The notes under the pieces were generated by a model, which was given only the letters and a program-made list of their open reading frames with translations, did no database searches and had not been told where the DNA came from. Below are positions 1-13,557 of a stretch of 64,000 nucleotides of DNA, one piece after another. The stretch spans positions 9,548,001-9,612,000 of the forward strand of contig OX597833.1 of NCBI GenBank assembly GCA_951406725.2. Direction: 5' to 3'. Numbering within the stretch: the stretch's first letter is position 1; the number at the start of each line of letters is the position of its first letter. The position numbers were made by a program, and so were the translations under genes. The stretch comes from Octopus vulgaris. Lineage: Eukaryota.

Positions 1-1520
1 GTCTGTGGTTTACGTGTGTGTATTTGTGTGTGAATGTTTAGGTTAGGGGGATTGCTGTATAGGTTTGTTGTAGAGTTTAGCAAAGGTGATTTTATCATTA
101 TATGTTTTTATGAGTTTTAGTTTATCATGGTAGTTTTATTAAAGAATTCGTAGTAATTTGTCTATTTACGATGTTTGTTATTTTATTACATTATTTCATT
201 CATAATTTTTAAGTAATGTTCGTTTTACCACGTGAATATAATTTTTAATTCCATTTATTCCATTTCTCCATTCATAATTTTAAAAGATGTTCGTTTCCAG
301 AGCGGGAATACTTTTTATACATATGTTAGGTTCCTTGGTAACGTAATTTTGTTTGGTGTATATGTTGAGGCTTATATGTACTTATAGGTATGTGTGAATG
401 AGGTGGGTATTTGTATTTGTTATGGGTGTGTGGTTTACGTGTGTGTATTTGTGTGTGAATGTATAGGTTAAAGGGATTGCTATATAGGTATGTTATAGGG
501 TTTAGTAAAGGGAGGTTTTATCATTTATGTTTTTATGAGTTTTAATTTATCATGGTAGTTTTATTAAAGAATCCATTCATAATTTTTTTAAATAATGTTA
601 GTTTACCGCGTGAATATAATTTTTAATTCCATTTATTCTATTTCTCCATTCATAATTTTAAATGACGTTTGCTTCCATAGCGCGTATTCTTTTTATACAT
701 ATGTTAGGTTCCTATGGTAACGTAATTTTGGTTTGACGTTTTTAACGGCTTAGAATTTAATTTCACTTCATAATTTGAAACTGACTTGAAAGTATGTATA
801 TTATTTCTCCTTATGTCATATTGTTATTTTTGATATTCTGGTTACTTACGATGTATTTTATATATCGTATTATGTGTAATAATGTTGTTTTTCTTTGGAG
901 TGTTTATGTATGTGGGATTGTGTGTGAGTGTATGCGTATTTTAGTTATATAATTTATTTATCTGTATGAGTGTGGGTGTGTTAATATTGTTGTATATATC
1001 GAGTTTAGTGAGTATGTATATGTATATGGTGTGTGTTTTACGTATGTATATTTGTGTGTGAATGTGTTTATGGGTTTGCTATATAGGTTTGGGGATGTAT
1101 GTGTTTATTTATCTGTGTGGGGTTGAGTGGGTTTTTGGAGTATATATTGAGGTTTATATGTATGTATAGGTATGTGTGAGTGAGGTGGGTATTTGTATAT
1201 GTCGTGGGTGTGTGGTTTACGTGTGTGTATTTGTGTGTGAATGTTTAGGTTAGGGGGATTGCTATATAGGTATGTTATAGAGTTTAGTAAAGGAGATTTT
1301 ATCATTATATGTTTTTATGAGTTTTAGTTTATCATGGTAGTTTTATTAAAGAATTCGTAGTAATTTATGTCTATTTACGATGTCTGTTATTTTATTACAT
1401 TATTTCATTCATAATTTTTAAGTAATGTTCGTTTTACCAAGTGAATATAATTTTTAATTCCATTTATTCCATTTCTCCATTCATAATTTTAAATGATGTT
1501 CGTTTTCTAGAGCGGGAATG
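1..1520. repeat. Degenerate direct repeats of a TG/T-rich unit (copies start at about 1, 427 and 1208), upstream of an HHR; possibly PLE-associated
   Basis: The motif tgtggtttacgtgtgtgtatttgtgtgtgaatg and its downstream AT-rich block recur at about 4, 429 and 1211; 1-310 is near-identical to 1208-1520. Confidence 0.8.
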
Positions 1521-1888
1521 TGGGTTGTATGTGTGTGTGAGGGAGTATGAATAAGTATTGTGTTGAAGTATTTGGCTATTTTATTTATTTATCGTTGCCT
1601 AGACGTTTTTATGTGTATGTATAGGGATATATATATAGGTGTGTGATTTAGTGTATGTATTTAGATATGGTTATATATAATTAGTTATATGTGTATGGGT
1701 GTATATATAGTTTATTTTTGTTTTGTTTTATATTTAATTGTTGATAGGTTTATTTTAGTTTATATATTGATTATATATGGATTATATATAGGTTATATAT
1801 AGATTATATATTTATATTCATTAATACTTTAATTATTTTAAAATTATTATTTTTATATTTTAAAATATTGATATTTTAGATTGGAAGT

Positions 1889-1931
1889 CCACCTGAAGAT
1901 TGTCGATCAGGACAAGAAACAATTGTAGTGG
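1889..1931 (+). ncRNA. Minimal type I hammerhead ribozyme
   Basis: CCAC-CTGAAGA-TTGTC(gatcag)GACAA-GAAAC-AATT-GTA-GTGG: intact core, 4-bp stem I, 5-bp stem II, palindromic stem III ACAATTGT, GUA triplet. Confidence 0.85.
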
Positions 1932-2016
1932 CGATTTTTTTGACTTTTTATTAAAATTTTATGTATTGATTAAGTCTTTCCTTGTTTGTTTTGCAAAATA
2001 GTGGTTTTGTCTCTAA

Positions 2017-2112
<96 letters not shown>

Positions 2113-2136
2113 TATATTTATGCATATATGTATGTA

Positions 2137-2175
<39 letters not shown>

Positions 2176-2195
2176 TTGTATGTATGAGTATATAT

Positions 2196-2229
<34 letters not shown>

Positions 2230-2449
2230 GCCCGAGCACAGCCTTTAGACAAACATAACGTACCCCAGGACTTATTCTTTCGAAGCCTTGTACTTATTCT
2301 AACCTTTTCTCTTTTGTCGAACCGTAAAGTTAGCGGGGCATATGTGTGGGCTGTGCTCACCCATGCACAAACACACATACGTCCGAACATGCACACAGAT
2401 GCATGCAAAGATGCACACCTGAAGGTATTCATGCTTTAAATATGTTGAC

Positions 2450-2918
2450 CATAAAACCGTGACATTCTGAAGAAATTGTGTGTGAGTGCAGGTCAGCCAA
2501 TGTGTGTGTGTGTGCTTTCATTTCTGTGTCTGTGTGGGAGCGCGTATGTGTGACAGAGTCTTTCTAGTTCAATGTTTTTGCGTGCGCGTGTGTATGTGTG
2601 TGTGAGTGAGGGCGTGTGTAAATGTGTGTTTTGATTTCTAGGTGTGTGTGTGTGAGTGTGTAACTGTGTTTTCATTTCTGTGTGTGGGTGCGTACGTTTG
2701 TGTGTGAGTGTGTGTGACTATTTTCATTTCTGTGTGTGTGTTTGTGCGCGTGTGAGTGTGTGAGTGTTTGGATGTGTAACTGCGTATTTTCATTTCTATG
2801 TGTGTGTGTTTGTGCATGTGTGAGTGTGTGTGTGTGACTATTTTCATTCCTGTGTTTGTGTATTTGTGCGTGTGTGTGAGTGTGTGAGTGTTTGGATGTG
2901 TAGCTGTGTATTATCATT

Positions 2919-2949
<31 letters not shown>

Positions 2950-3766
2950 TTGTGCGTATGTGAGTGTGTGTCTGTGTGTGAGTATTTTTTTCAGTGTTTG
3001 TGTGTGGGGGACTGTTTTTATTTATATGTGTGTGTGTGAGTGTGTGGGTATTTTCATTTCAGTGTTTGTGTGTGTGTGTGAGAATGTTTTCATTTCTGTG
3101 TGAGCGACTGTGTGTTTTTATTCGTTTGTGTGTGTGCGACAATTACAACTACAACAAACACTTTAAGCATCTCTAAGATACCCACATTTGCAGATCACTA
3201 ACTACTAAATCAAAAGAAGTTCAATTTATTGCACCTTTAGTGACTTTAAAAGTTGCTCATATTTTTCTCATATGGCGACAATGTATTAATTTCACAAGTG
3301 GATAAAACAAATTCTCATCCTGGCGTGGAGGGGGCTGATATTCTAGCTGCGAGTGCTAAGCACCCAATGCCCCCCCGTATCAACATACTGGATCGGCCAT
3401 AATTGGTCTCATTCGGAGATCTCTCGGGTGTGGAATATTTATGACTATAGAAGTTAACTTGTTACAGGTTTCGCTTCTGGCCTAACTTTTGTAGATTTTG
3501 GGAAGTCCACAGACGTTACTGGCTTTGCCGTCAAATCTACTCAAGTAATTTGTCTCCTTTTTTGTTAAATCTTGTTGGAACTGGTGGATAAGAGTGGACA
3601 GTTTGGTCATTATCTTCGATTGACTGTAGTTGTTGATTTTCAACCGATGCTGGTGTGTTTTCCTCCCTGTATTTTAGCGGTTCGGGAAAAGAGAATAAGA
3701 ATAAATACTAGGCTTACAAAGAATAAGTGCTGCGGACGTACTGCTCGACTAAAGGCGGTGCTCCAG

Positions 3767-3839
<73 letters not shown>

Positions 3840-3990
3840 AGATATACGTGTATATACCCACACACGCATATATACTATCTAAAGCAAAAAAGAAACTTGA
3901 TTATGTCCGAAGGGTAGTACTAGATAATATCATTACTTTATATATTTGTGGGGCGTAATGAAAAGTAAATGATGAGCTAGTCAATGTTTA
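2450..3990 (+). repeat. Segmental-duplication block (TG-rich degenerate minisatellite plus unique-like segment), with paralogues at about 37666-38620 and 40080-41070
   Basis: Shared strings such as ggccataattgg..cattcggagatctctcgggtgtggaatattta and gaactggtggata occur in all three locations. Confidence 0.85.
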
Positions 3991-4197
3991 TTTGTTAAAG
4001 GTACCAGCAGATTACTTGCATGTGTATGTGTGTCTGTACGTGCGCGCATGCTCGTGTCCCCTTTCACAGGCGAAAAACAAACACACCTATTACAGAAATT
4101 ACATGAAACGTATTATATGATGTTAGGGAAGTAACTCTTAGGAGATATTTTCAGCTATCTCCCTAGTGAACAGGTCATAGACTTTTGTCGCTATATA

Positions 4198-4678
<481 letters not shown>

Positions 4679-4799
4679 TATATTCATATATCCGACGGAC
4701 TTCTTTCAGTTTCCGTCTACCAAATCCACTCAGAAGTCTTTGGTCGGCTCGAGGCTATAGTTGAAAACACTTCACGAAGGAGCCACGCGTACCCACACC

Positions 4800-5692
4800 C
4801 TGACCACGGCTTTGAACCGATTCTAATGAAACTTGACACACACATAGCCCAATGTCATAATTCAAAACTAACACAGCGAAAATTTTGAAAAGTTCCCCCA
4901 GTTCTGAAAAAAATCGATAGATTCGACATGGGGTTGAGAATCTAAGCTTTTCATATGCAACACATTTTCCGTTGTAGTTTTCGCAACTTGCAATCGATTT
5001 TCACCAAACTCATGGTGAAGCTTAATGTTACCCTAAGGAACTTAATTCTGACGTTAGTTTTCCATGCAATACCTTACCATCAGAAAAAAATCGATAAAAT
5101 CATGCCATTTTGGGAAATCGCGTTCAAATTCAAGATGACATATTTTCAACAATATCTTTAACAAATTGGCAGGAATTTTTTATGAAATTCACAGCGAGCA
5201 TCATGTCTGCTCCAGGAGCTATATGGCCCTTTTGATTCCAATAGGATACGTTATTACTGGAAAAAATCGGTTAATTACATCATATGTGGCACACATAGCA
5301 AACCGATTTTTCTGCAATATTTTTTGAAAGTTCACATAGATTTTCCCTACACCGACGTTGGACATCAAGCTTGCATTAAATGTCAAACTAACGACCTTTT
5401 GTCAATGCAGTTAACAAGTATTGGGAGAAATCGACAAAACCATATCACTTTGAGACCGACCATGCGAACCCTACAAAACTGACTTTTGTTAAATAGTTGG
5501 CGGATTTCAGGCGATTTAGTCGATTTTTGCCGCTTTTATAATAAAGGTTACTAGAAATGGCATATATTTTCCTTTTGCTTCAAATCCGAGCAATGTTGGG
5601 CTGTAGATGCGTTAAGTTAGGATTAGGTAGGGCTTAGCTGTGGTCCGAACCCAACTTGTGTTCGAGGGGGCAACGGCGGGCTATGCTGCTAG

Positions 5693-5693
<1 letters not shown>
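4800..5693 (+). mobile_element. Non-autonomous Helitron-like element
   Basis: Internal repeated ccgattt..tgaaa/ccaaac motifs; the 3' end is GC-rich (ggggcaacggcggg) followed by CTAG|T, as in Helitron 3' termini. Confidence 0.5.
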
Positions 5694-5769
<76 letters not shown>

Positions 5770-5773
<4 letters not shown>

Positions 5774-6085
5774 GTCCAGATGGTTTCCCAGCCATCCTCC
5801 TCAAAGCGTGTAAGCATGCCCTGGCAAAACCCCTCAAGATTCTCTTCCAGAGCTTTCTTGCGAATGGCAAACTGCCAAGCAAGCTGAAGGAGGGAATAAT
5901 ATGCCCAATACATAAAGGGGGAAGTAGAGCAGATGCCCAAAACTATAGGCCTATCTCTCTGACTTCACACATCAGCAAAGTCATGAAACGGATAGTCAGA
6001 AAGAAACTAATCGCATTCCTTGAGGAAAATAACTTGCTGAGTGATACCCAGCATGGTTATCGACCAGGTAGGAGCTGCCTGACCC
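5770..6085 (+). pseudogene. Non-LTR (CR1/L2/Jockey-group) reverse transcriptase fragment
   Basis: Translation AGPDGFP...PIHKGGSRADAQNYRPISLTSHISKVMKRIV...QHGYRPGRSCLT; truncated directly by the 87-bp satellite. Confidence 0.9.
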
Positions 6086-9000
6086 ATCCTCTAAATAGTT
6101 GCTTAACTTGGTTGAAATAACAGTCAAATCTCCCTCAGATCACACTTTTCTATTCTAATGGACAAATGTCAGATGCTCTTAATAGTGCTTGACTTGCTCG
6201 AAAGAGCAGTCATATCTTAATCAGATCACACTTTTCTATTCTTATGGACCAATGCCAGAGCCACTAAATAGTTTCTTAACTTGCTAGAAATAGCAGGCAA
6301 GTCTTCCTTAGATCACACTTTTCTACTCTAATGGAACAATGTCAGATCCGCAAAATAATTGTTTCACTTGCTAGAAATAGCAGTCAAATCTCCCTCAGAT
6401 CAGACTTTTCTGTTCTAATTAACCAATGTCACGAGCTCTTAATAGTTGCTTGACTTGCTAGAGAGAGGAAACAAATCTTTTTCTGATCACTCTTTTCTAT
6501 TCCAATAGACCAATGTCAGACCCTCTAAATAGTTGCTTGACTTGCTAGAAATAGCAGTCAAAACATCCTGAGATCACAGTTTTCTATTCTAATGGAAGAA
6601 TGTCAGATCATCTAAATAAAAGCTTGACTTGCTAGAAATAGCTATCAAATGTTCCTCTGATCACACTATTCTACTCTAATGGAACAATGTTAAATCCTCT
6701 AAATAGTTGCTTTACTTGCTAGAAATAGCAGTCAAATCTTAATCAGAGCACACTTTTCTATTCTCATGGACTGATGTCAGAACCTCTAAATAGTTTCTTG
6801 ACTTCCTAAAAATAACAGTCAAATCTTCCCCAGCTCATGTTTTTCTATTCTAATGGACCAATGTCAGCTTCTCTAAATAGATCCTTGACTTGCTAGTAAT
6901 AGTAGTCAAATCTCAGTATTATCACACTTTTTTATTCTAATGGAACAATATCAGATCCTCTAAATAGTTGCTTGACTGGCTAGAAATAGAAATTACATCC
7001 TCCTCAGATTACATTCTTCGATTCTAATGGAACAATGTCAGAACCTCTAAATAGTTTCTTGACTTGCAAAAAATAACAGACAAATCTCCATCAGATCAAA
7101 CGTTTCTATACTAATGGACCAATGTCAGATCCTCAAAATAAGTTGCTTCACTTGCTAGAAATAGTAATCAAACCTTCCTCAGATCACTTTACTATCCTAA
7201 TGGAACAATGTCAGATCCTCTAAATAGCTGCTTCTAAAAATAGCAGACAAATCTCCTTCAGATCACACTTTTCTATTCTAATGGACCAATATCAGATCAT
7301 CTAAACAGTTGCTAGACTTGCTAGAAATAGCAGTCAAATCTCCCTCAGATGAAACCTTTCTTTTCTAATGGACCAATGTCAGATCCTCTAAATAGTTGGT
7401 TGTCTGGCAAGAAATAGCAGTCAAATCTCCCTCAGATTACAATTTTCTATACTAGTGGACCAATATCAGATCCTCTAAATAGTTGTTTGTCTGGCAAGAA
7501 ATAGCAGTCAAATCTCCCTCAGATCACACTTTTCTATTCAAATAGACCAATGTCAGATCCTCTAAATTAAAGCTGCAATTGCTAGAAATAGCAATCAAAG
7601 GTTCCTCACATCACTCGCTTCTATTCTAATGCACCAATATAAGATCTTCTAAATAGTTGCTTGACTTGCTATAATTGACAGGAAAATCTTCCTTATATCA
7701 CACTTTTCTATTCTAATGGACCAATGTCAGATGCTCTTAATAGTTGCTTGACTTGCTAGAAAGAGGAGACAAATCTTCCTCAGATCACACTTTTCTATTC
7801 TAATAGACCAATGTCAGATCCTCTAAATAGTTGCTTGCTTTGCTAGAAATAGCAGTCAAAAATTCCTTTAGATGACATTTTTCTATTCTAATAGACCAAT
7901 GTGAGATCCTCTAAATAGTTCCTTGACTTGCTAGAAATAGCAGTCAAATCTCCCTCAGATCACTCATTTCTATTCTAATGACCAATGTCACATGCTCTTA
8001 ATAGTTGTTTGAATTTCTAGAAAGAGGAGACAAATCTTCCTCAGATCACACTTTTCTATTCTAAAGGCTGAAGACGCTCGACCTTTATTCTCTAGAAAAA
8101 CGACGACGCCGTGGAGATCTCATTCTTGCTCACAACATCATAAGCGGAAAGTGTATCCTCTCGAAAGAGCTGTCCTTCACTCCTGCTCCAGAGCGTCGGC
8201 TGCGGGGTCATTCCGAAAAGCTCTATCTGCGACGATTTCATCTCAATTGAAGGATAGGGGCTTTCTCCGTCCGGGTTGCGGATCAGTGGAATAAGCTGCC
8301 AGACGAGATGGTGAAGATGCCGATGACCGCTCGGTTCAAAGTCTCCCTTGACCTCAAGTGGCCTGAACTCTTTACATGAACACCACCCTGTACCTAACTC
8401 CTTGTCCCCCTACATGGCCTTGCTGTTTGCTTTTTGAGCCAAAAAATCAACTAACTAACTAAAAGACCAATGACAGATTCTCTAAATAGTTCCATCACTT
8501 GCTAGAAAGAGCAGTCAAAATTTCCTTTCGATCAAACTTTTCTATTCTTATGGACCATTGTCATGACCTCTAAATAGTTGCTTGATTTGCAAGAAATAGC
8601 AGTCAACCTTCCTCAGATCACAATTTTCTATTCTAATGGACCAATATCAGATATTCTAAATAGTTGCTTCACTTGCAAGAAATGGCGATTAAATCTTCAT
8701 CAGATTACACTTTTTTATTCTAATGGAACAATGTCAGATCATCTAAATAAAAGCTTGATTTGCTAGAAATAGCAGTCAAGTCTTCCTTAGATCACACTTT
8801 TCTATTTCAATAGAACAATGTCAGATCCTAATAATAGATGCTTGACTTGCTAGAACTAGCAATCAAATCTTACTCAGATTACACGTTTCTATTCTAATGG
8901 AACAATGTCAGATCGTCTAAATAGTTGCTCGACTTGATAGAAATAGCAGTCAAATCTCCTTCAGATCACATTTTTCTATTCTAATTGAACAATGTCAGAT

Positions 9001-12000
9001 CCTCTAAATAGTTGCTAGACTTGACAGAAATAGGAGTCAAACCTTCCTTATATCAGACTTTTCTATTTTAATGGAACAATATCAAATCCTCTAAATATTA
9101 GCTTCACTTGCTAGAAATAACAGTCAAATCTCCCTTAGATCACACTTTTCTGTATTAATGGATAAATTCCAGTTACTCTAAATAGTTGCTTGACTTGCTA
9201 AAAATAGCAGTGAAACCTTCCTCAGATCACACTTTTCTACTCTAATGGAAGAATGTCAGATCGTCTAAATAAAAGCTTGACTTGCTAGAAATAGCAATCA
9301 AATGTTCCTCAGATCTCTCGTTTCTTTTCTAATGGACCAATGTCAGATCCTCTAAATAGTTCCTTGACTTGCTAGATATATCTATAAAATCTTCCTCAGA
9401 TCAAACTTTTCTATTCTAATGGACAAATGTCAGATGATCCTAATAGTTGCTTGACTTGCTAGAAAGAGGAGACAAATCTTCCTCAGATCACACTTTTCTA
9501 TTTAATAGACCAATGTCAGATCCTCTAAATAGTTGCTTGTCTTGCTAGAAATAGCAGTCAAATCTTAATCAGATCACACTTTTCTATTCTCATGGACCAA
9601 TGTCAAAACCTCTAAATAGTTTCTTGACTTGCTAAAAAAAACAGTCAAATCTTCCTCAGCTCACGCTTTTTTATTCTAATGGACCAATGTCAGATCCTCT
9701 AAATAGTTCTTTGACTTGATAGAAATAGTAGTCAAATCTCTGTATTATCACAATTTTCTATTCTAATGGAACAACATCAGATCCTCTAAATCCTTGCTTG
9801 ACTTGCTAGAAATAGAAATCAAATCTTCCTCAGATTACACACTTCTATTCTAATGGAACAATGTCAAGATCTCTAAATAGTTGCTTGACATGCTAGAATT
9901 AGCAGTCGAATCTCCCTCAGATCACAATTTTCTATACTAATTGACCAATGTTAGATCATCTAAATATTTGCTTTCCTTGGTAGATATAGCTGTCAAATCT
10001 TCCTGAGATCACACTTTCCTACTCTAATGGAACAATGTCAGATCATCTAAATAAAAGCGTGACTTGCTAGAAATAGCAGTCAAATCTCCCTCAGATCACA
10101 CATTTCTATTCTAATGACCAATGTCACATGCTCTTAATAGTTGTTTGACTTTCTAGAAAGAGGAGACAAATCTTCCTTAGATCACACTTTTCTATTCTAA
10201 AAGACCAATGACAGATTCTCTAAATAGTTCCTTCACTTGCTAGAAAGATGAGTCAAAACTTCCTTTGGATCAAACTTTTCTATTCTTACGGGCCATTGTC
10301 ACAACCTCTAAATAGTTGCTTGATTTGCAAAAAATAGCAGTCAACCTTCTTAAGATCACACTTTTCTATTCTAATGGACCAATATCAGATCCTCTAAATA
10401 CTTGTTTGATTTGCTAGAAATAGCAGTCAAATCTTTCTCAGATCACACTTTTCTATTCCAATGGAACAATGTCAAATCCTCTAAATAGTTGCTTGACTTG
10501 CTAGAAATAGCAGTCAAATCTTAATCAGATCACACTTTTCTATTCTCATGGACCAATATCAGAGCCTCTAAATAGTTTCTTAACTTGCTAAAAATAACAG
10601 TCAAATCTTCCTCAGCTCACGCTTTTCTATTCTAATGACTAATGTCAGATCCTCTAAATAGTTCCCTGACTTGCTAGAAATATTAGTCAAATCTCCGTAT
10701 TATCACACTTTTCTATTCTAAAAGAACAATATCAGATCCTCTAAATAGTTGCTTCACTTGCTAGAAATAACAGTCAAGTCTTCCCTAGATCATACTTTTC
10801 TATTCTAATGGAACAATGTCAGATCGTCTAAATAAAAGCTTGACTTGCTAGAAATAGCAATCAAATTTTACTCAGATTACACGTTTCTATTCTAATGGAA
10901 CAATGTCAAGACCTCAAAATAATTGCTAGACTTGATAGAAATAGCTGTCAAATCTCCCTCAGATCACAATTTTCTATTCTAATCGACAAATGTCAGATCC
11001 TCTAAATATGTGCTTTCTTTGCAAGATGTAGCAGTCAAATCTACCTCAGACAACACTTTTCTATTCTAATGGAAGAATGTCAGATCGTCTAAATAAAAGC
11101 TTCACTTGCTAGAAATAACAGTCAAATCTCCCTTAGATCACACTTTTCTGTATTAATGGATAAATTCCAGTTACTCTAAATAGTTGCTTGACTTGCTAAA
11201 AATAGCAGTGAAACCTTCCTCAGATCACACTTTTCTACTCTAATGGAAGAATGTCAGATCGTCTAAATAAAAGCTTGACTTGCTAGAAATAGCCATCAAA
11301 TGTTCCTCAGATCAATCGTTTCTTTTCTAATGGAACAATGTCAGATCCTCTAAATAGTTCCTTGACTTGCTAGAAATATCTATAAAATCTTCCTCAGATC
11401 AAACTTTTCTATTCTAATGGACAAATGTCAGATGATCTTAATAGTTGCTTGACTTGCTAGAAAGAGGAGACAAATCTTCCTCAGATCACACTTTTCTATT
11501 TAATAGACCAATGTCAGAGGCTCTAAAGGACCAATCTCAGATCTTCTAAATAGTTGCTTGACTTGGTAGAAATAACAGTCAAATCTCCCTCAAATGTCAG
11601 ATGATCTTAATAGTTGCTTGACTTGCTAGAAAGAGGAGACAAATCTTCCTCAGATCACACTTTTCTATTTAATAAACCAATGTCAGATACTCTAAAGAAC
11701 CAACGTCAGATCTTCTAAATAGTTGCTTGACTTGGTAGAAATAACAGTCAAATATCCCTCAGATGACACTTTTCTCTTCTAATGGACCAATGTCAGATGC
11801 TCTTAATAGTTCTTGACTTGCTAGAAAGAGCAGACAAATCTTCCTGAGATTACACTTTTCCATTCTAATAGACCAATGTTAGATCCTCTAAATAGTTGCT
11901 TAACTTGATAGAAATAGTAGCCTATACTTCCTCAGATCACATTTTTCTATTCTAATTGACCAATGTCACATCCTCTAAATACTTGCTTGACTTGCTAGAA

Positions 12001-12590
12001 ATAACTGTCAAATCTTAATCAGATCACACTTTTCTATTCTAATGGAACATGTCAAATCCTCTAAATAGTTTCTTGACTTGCTAGAAATAGCAGTCAAATC
12101 TTAATCAGATCACACTTTTCTATTCTCATGGACCAATGTCAGAACCTCTAAAGTTTCTTGACTTGCTAAAAATAACAGTCAAATCTTCCTCAGCTCACGC
12201 TAATTGATTTACTTGCTAGAAGTAGCAGTGAAATCTTCCTCAGCTCACACTTTACTATTCTATTGGAACAATGTCAGATCCTAATAATAGATGCTTGACT
12301 TGCTAGAAATAGCAGTCACATCTCCATCAGATCATACTTGTCTATACTAATGGACCAATGTTATTATCCTCTAAATAAGTTGCTTGACTTGCTAAAAATA
12401 ACAGTCAAATCTTCCTCAGCTCACGCTTTTCTATCCTAAGGGACCAATGTTAGATCCTCTAAATAGATGCTTGACGTTCTAGAAATAGCAGTCAAATCTC
12501 CTTCAGATCACACTCTTCTATTCTAATGGAACAATGTCCGATCAATTAAATCATTGCTTAACTGCTAGAAATAGCAATCAAATCTAATGG
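6086..12590 (+). repeat. 87-bp satellite array (about 70 monomers) with higher-order structure
   Basis: Consensus tcctctaaatagttgcttgacttgctagaaatagcagtcaaatctccctcagatcacacttttctattctaatggaccaatgtcaga; gaaatagcag recurs at 7324 and 7411. Confidence 0.95.
8065..8462 (+). mobile_element. 5'-truncated CR1-like LINE 3' end inserted in the satellite
   Basis: RLKTLDLYSLEKRRRRGDLI...LRGHSEKL...FSVRVADQWNKLP...FKVSLD, then a 3' UTR and (CTAA)n tail; the empty-site paralogue is at about 10200. Confidence 0.88.
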
Positions 12591-12674
12591 ATAAAAATTT
12601 GTTAACATATTCACCTACAACTGTTTCATTTCACAAGCAAAATTAAAATTACAAAACATTTATATAAATATATA

Positions 12675-13073
12675 GGCGCAGGAGTGGCTGTGTGGTAAGT
12701 AGCTTGCTAACCAACCACATGGTTCCGGGTTCAGTCCCACTGCGTGGCATCTTGGGCAAGTGTCTTCTGCTATAGCACTGGGCCGACCAATGCCTTGTGA
12801 GTGGATTTGGTAGACGGAAACTGAAAGAAGCCTGTCGTATATATGTATATATATGTATGTGTGTGTGTGTTTGTGTGTCTGTGTTTGTCCCCCTAGCATT
12901 GCTTGACAACCGATGCTGGTGTGTTTACGTCCCCGTAACTTTGCGGTTCGGCAAAAAGAGACCGATAGAATAAGTACTGGGCTTACAAAGAATAAGTCCC
13001 GGGGTCGAGTTGCTCGACTAAAGGCGGTGCTCCAGCATGGCCGCAGTCAAATGACTGAAACAAGTAAAAGAGT
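12675..13073 (+). mobile_element. tRNA-derived SINE family A (full length)
   Basis: A-box-like tggctgtgtgg, B-box-like ggttcagtccc, ttgggcaagtg core, internal microsatellite, aaaagagta tail; many copies in the window. Confidence 0.9.
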
Positions 13074-13163
13074 ATATATACGATATATACTTGTATCGCA
13101 CGTCCCCGATTCGCGCGTGCGCAAACCGGGGACGTGCGATACAAGTATATATCGTATATATAC
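13072..13163. repeat. Near-perfect palindrome of about 90 bp with a GC-rich centre
   Basis: gtatatatacgatatatacttgtatcgcacgtcccc ... ggggacgtgcgatacaagtatatatcgtatatatac. Confidence 0.9.
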
Positions 13164-13174
13164 AAGTATATAAG

Positions 13175-13394
13175 GGCGGCGAGCTGGCAGAGACGTTAGC
13201 ACGCGGGCGAAATGCGTAGCCGTATTTCGTCTGCCGCTACGTTGTGAGTTCAAATTCCGCCGAGGTCGACTTTACCTTTCATCCTTTCGGGGTCGATTAA
13301 ATAAGTACCAGTTACGCACTGGGGTCGATATAATCGACTTAATCCATTTGTTTGTCCTCTCTGTGTTTAGCCCCTTGTGGGTAGTAAAGAAATA
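13175..13394 (+). mobile_element. SINE family B
   Basis: ggcggcgagctggcag head, gagttcaaattcc B-box-like motif, tttcatcctttcggggtcgat central block (resembles the Meta-type SINE domain, from memory); copies at 53890-54740, 58988 and 59660. Confidence 0.85.
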
Positions 13395-13557
13395 TATATA
13401 CAAGTATATATCGTATACAAGTATATATCGATACAAGTATATATCGTATATATCGTGCATGCGCCAGTCAGCTCGTTGGATCGGCTGCCTCCGTCTGGTA
13501 AACGCGCACGCGCGTTTGCGCAAACCGGGACCACTCTACGATACTAGTACCCCTTTT

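Noticed and set aside
1970-2258. YI/HT/CV-rich ORFs here and throughout the track
   Set aside because: Translations of (TA)n, (CA)n and (TG)n microsatellites.
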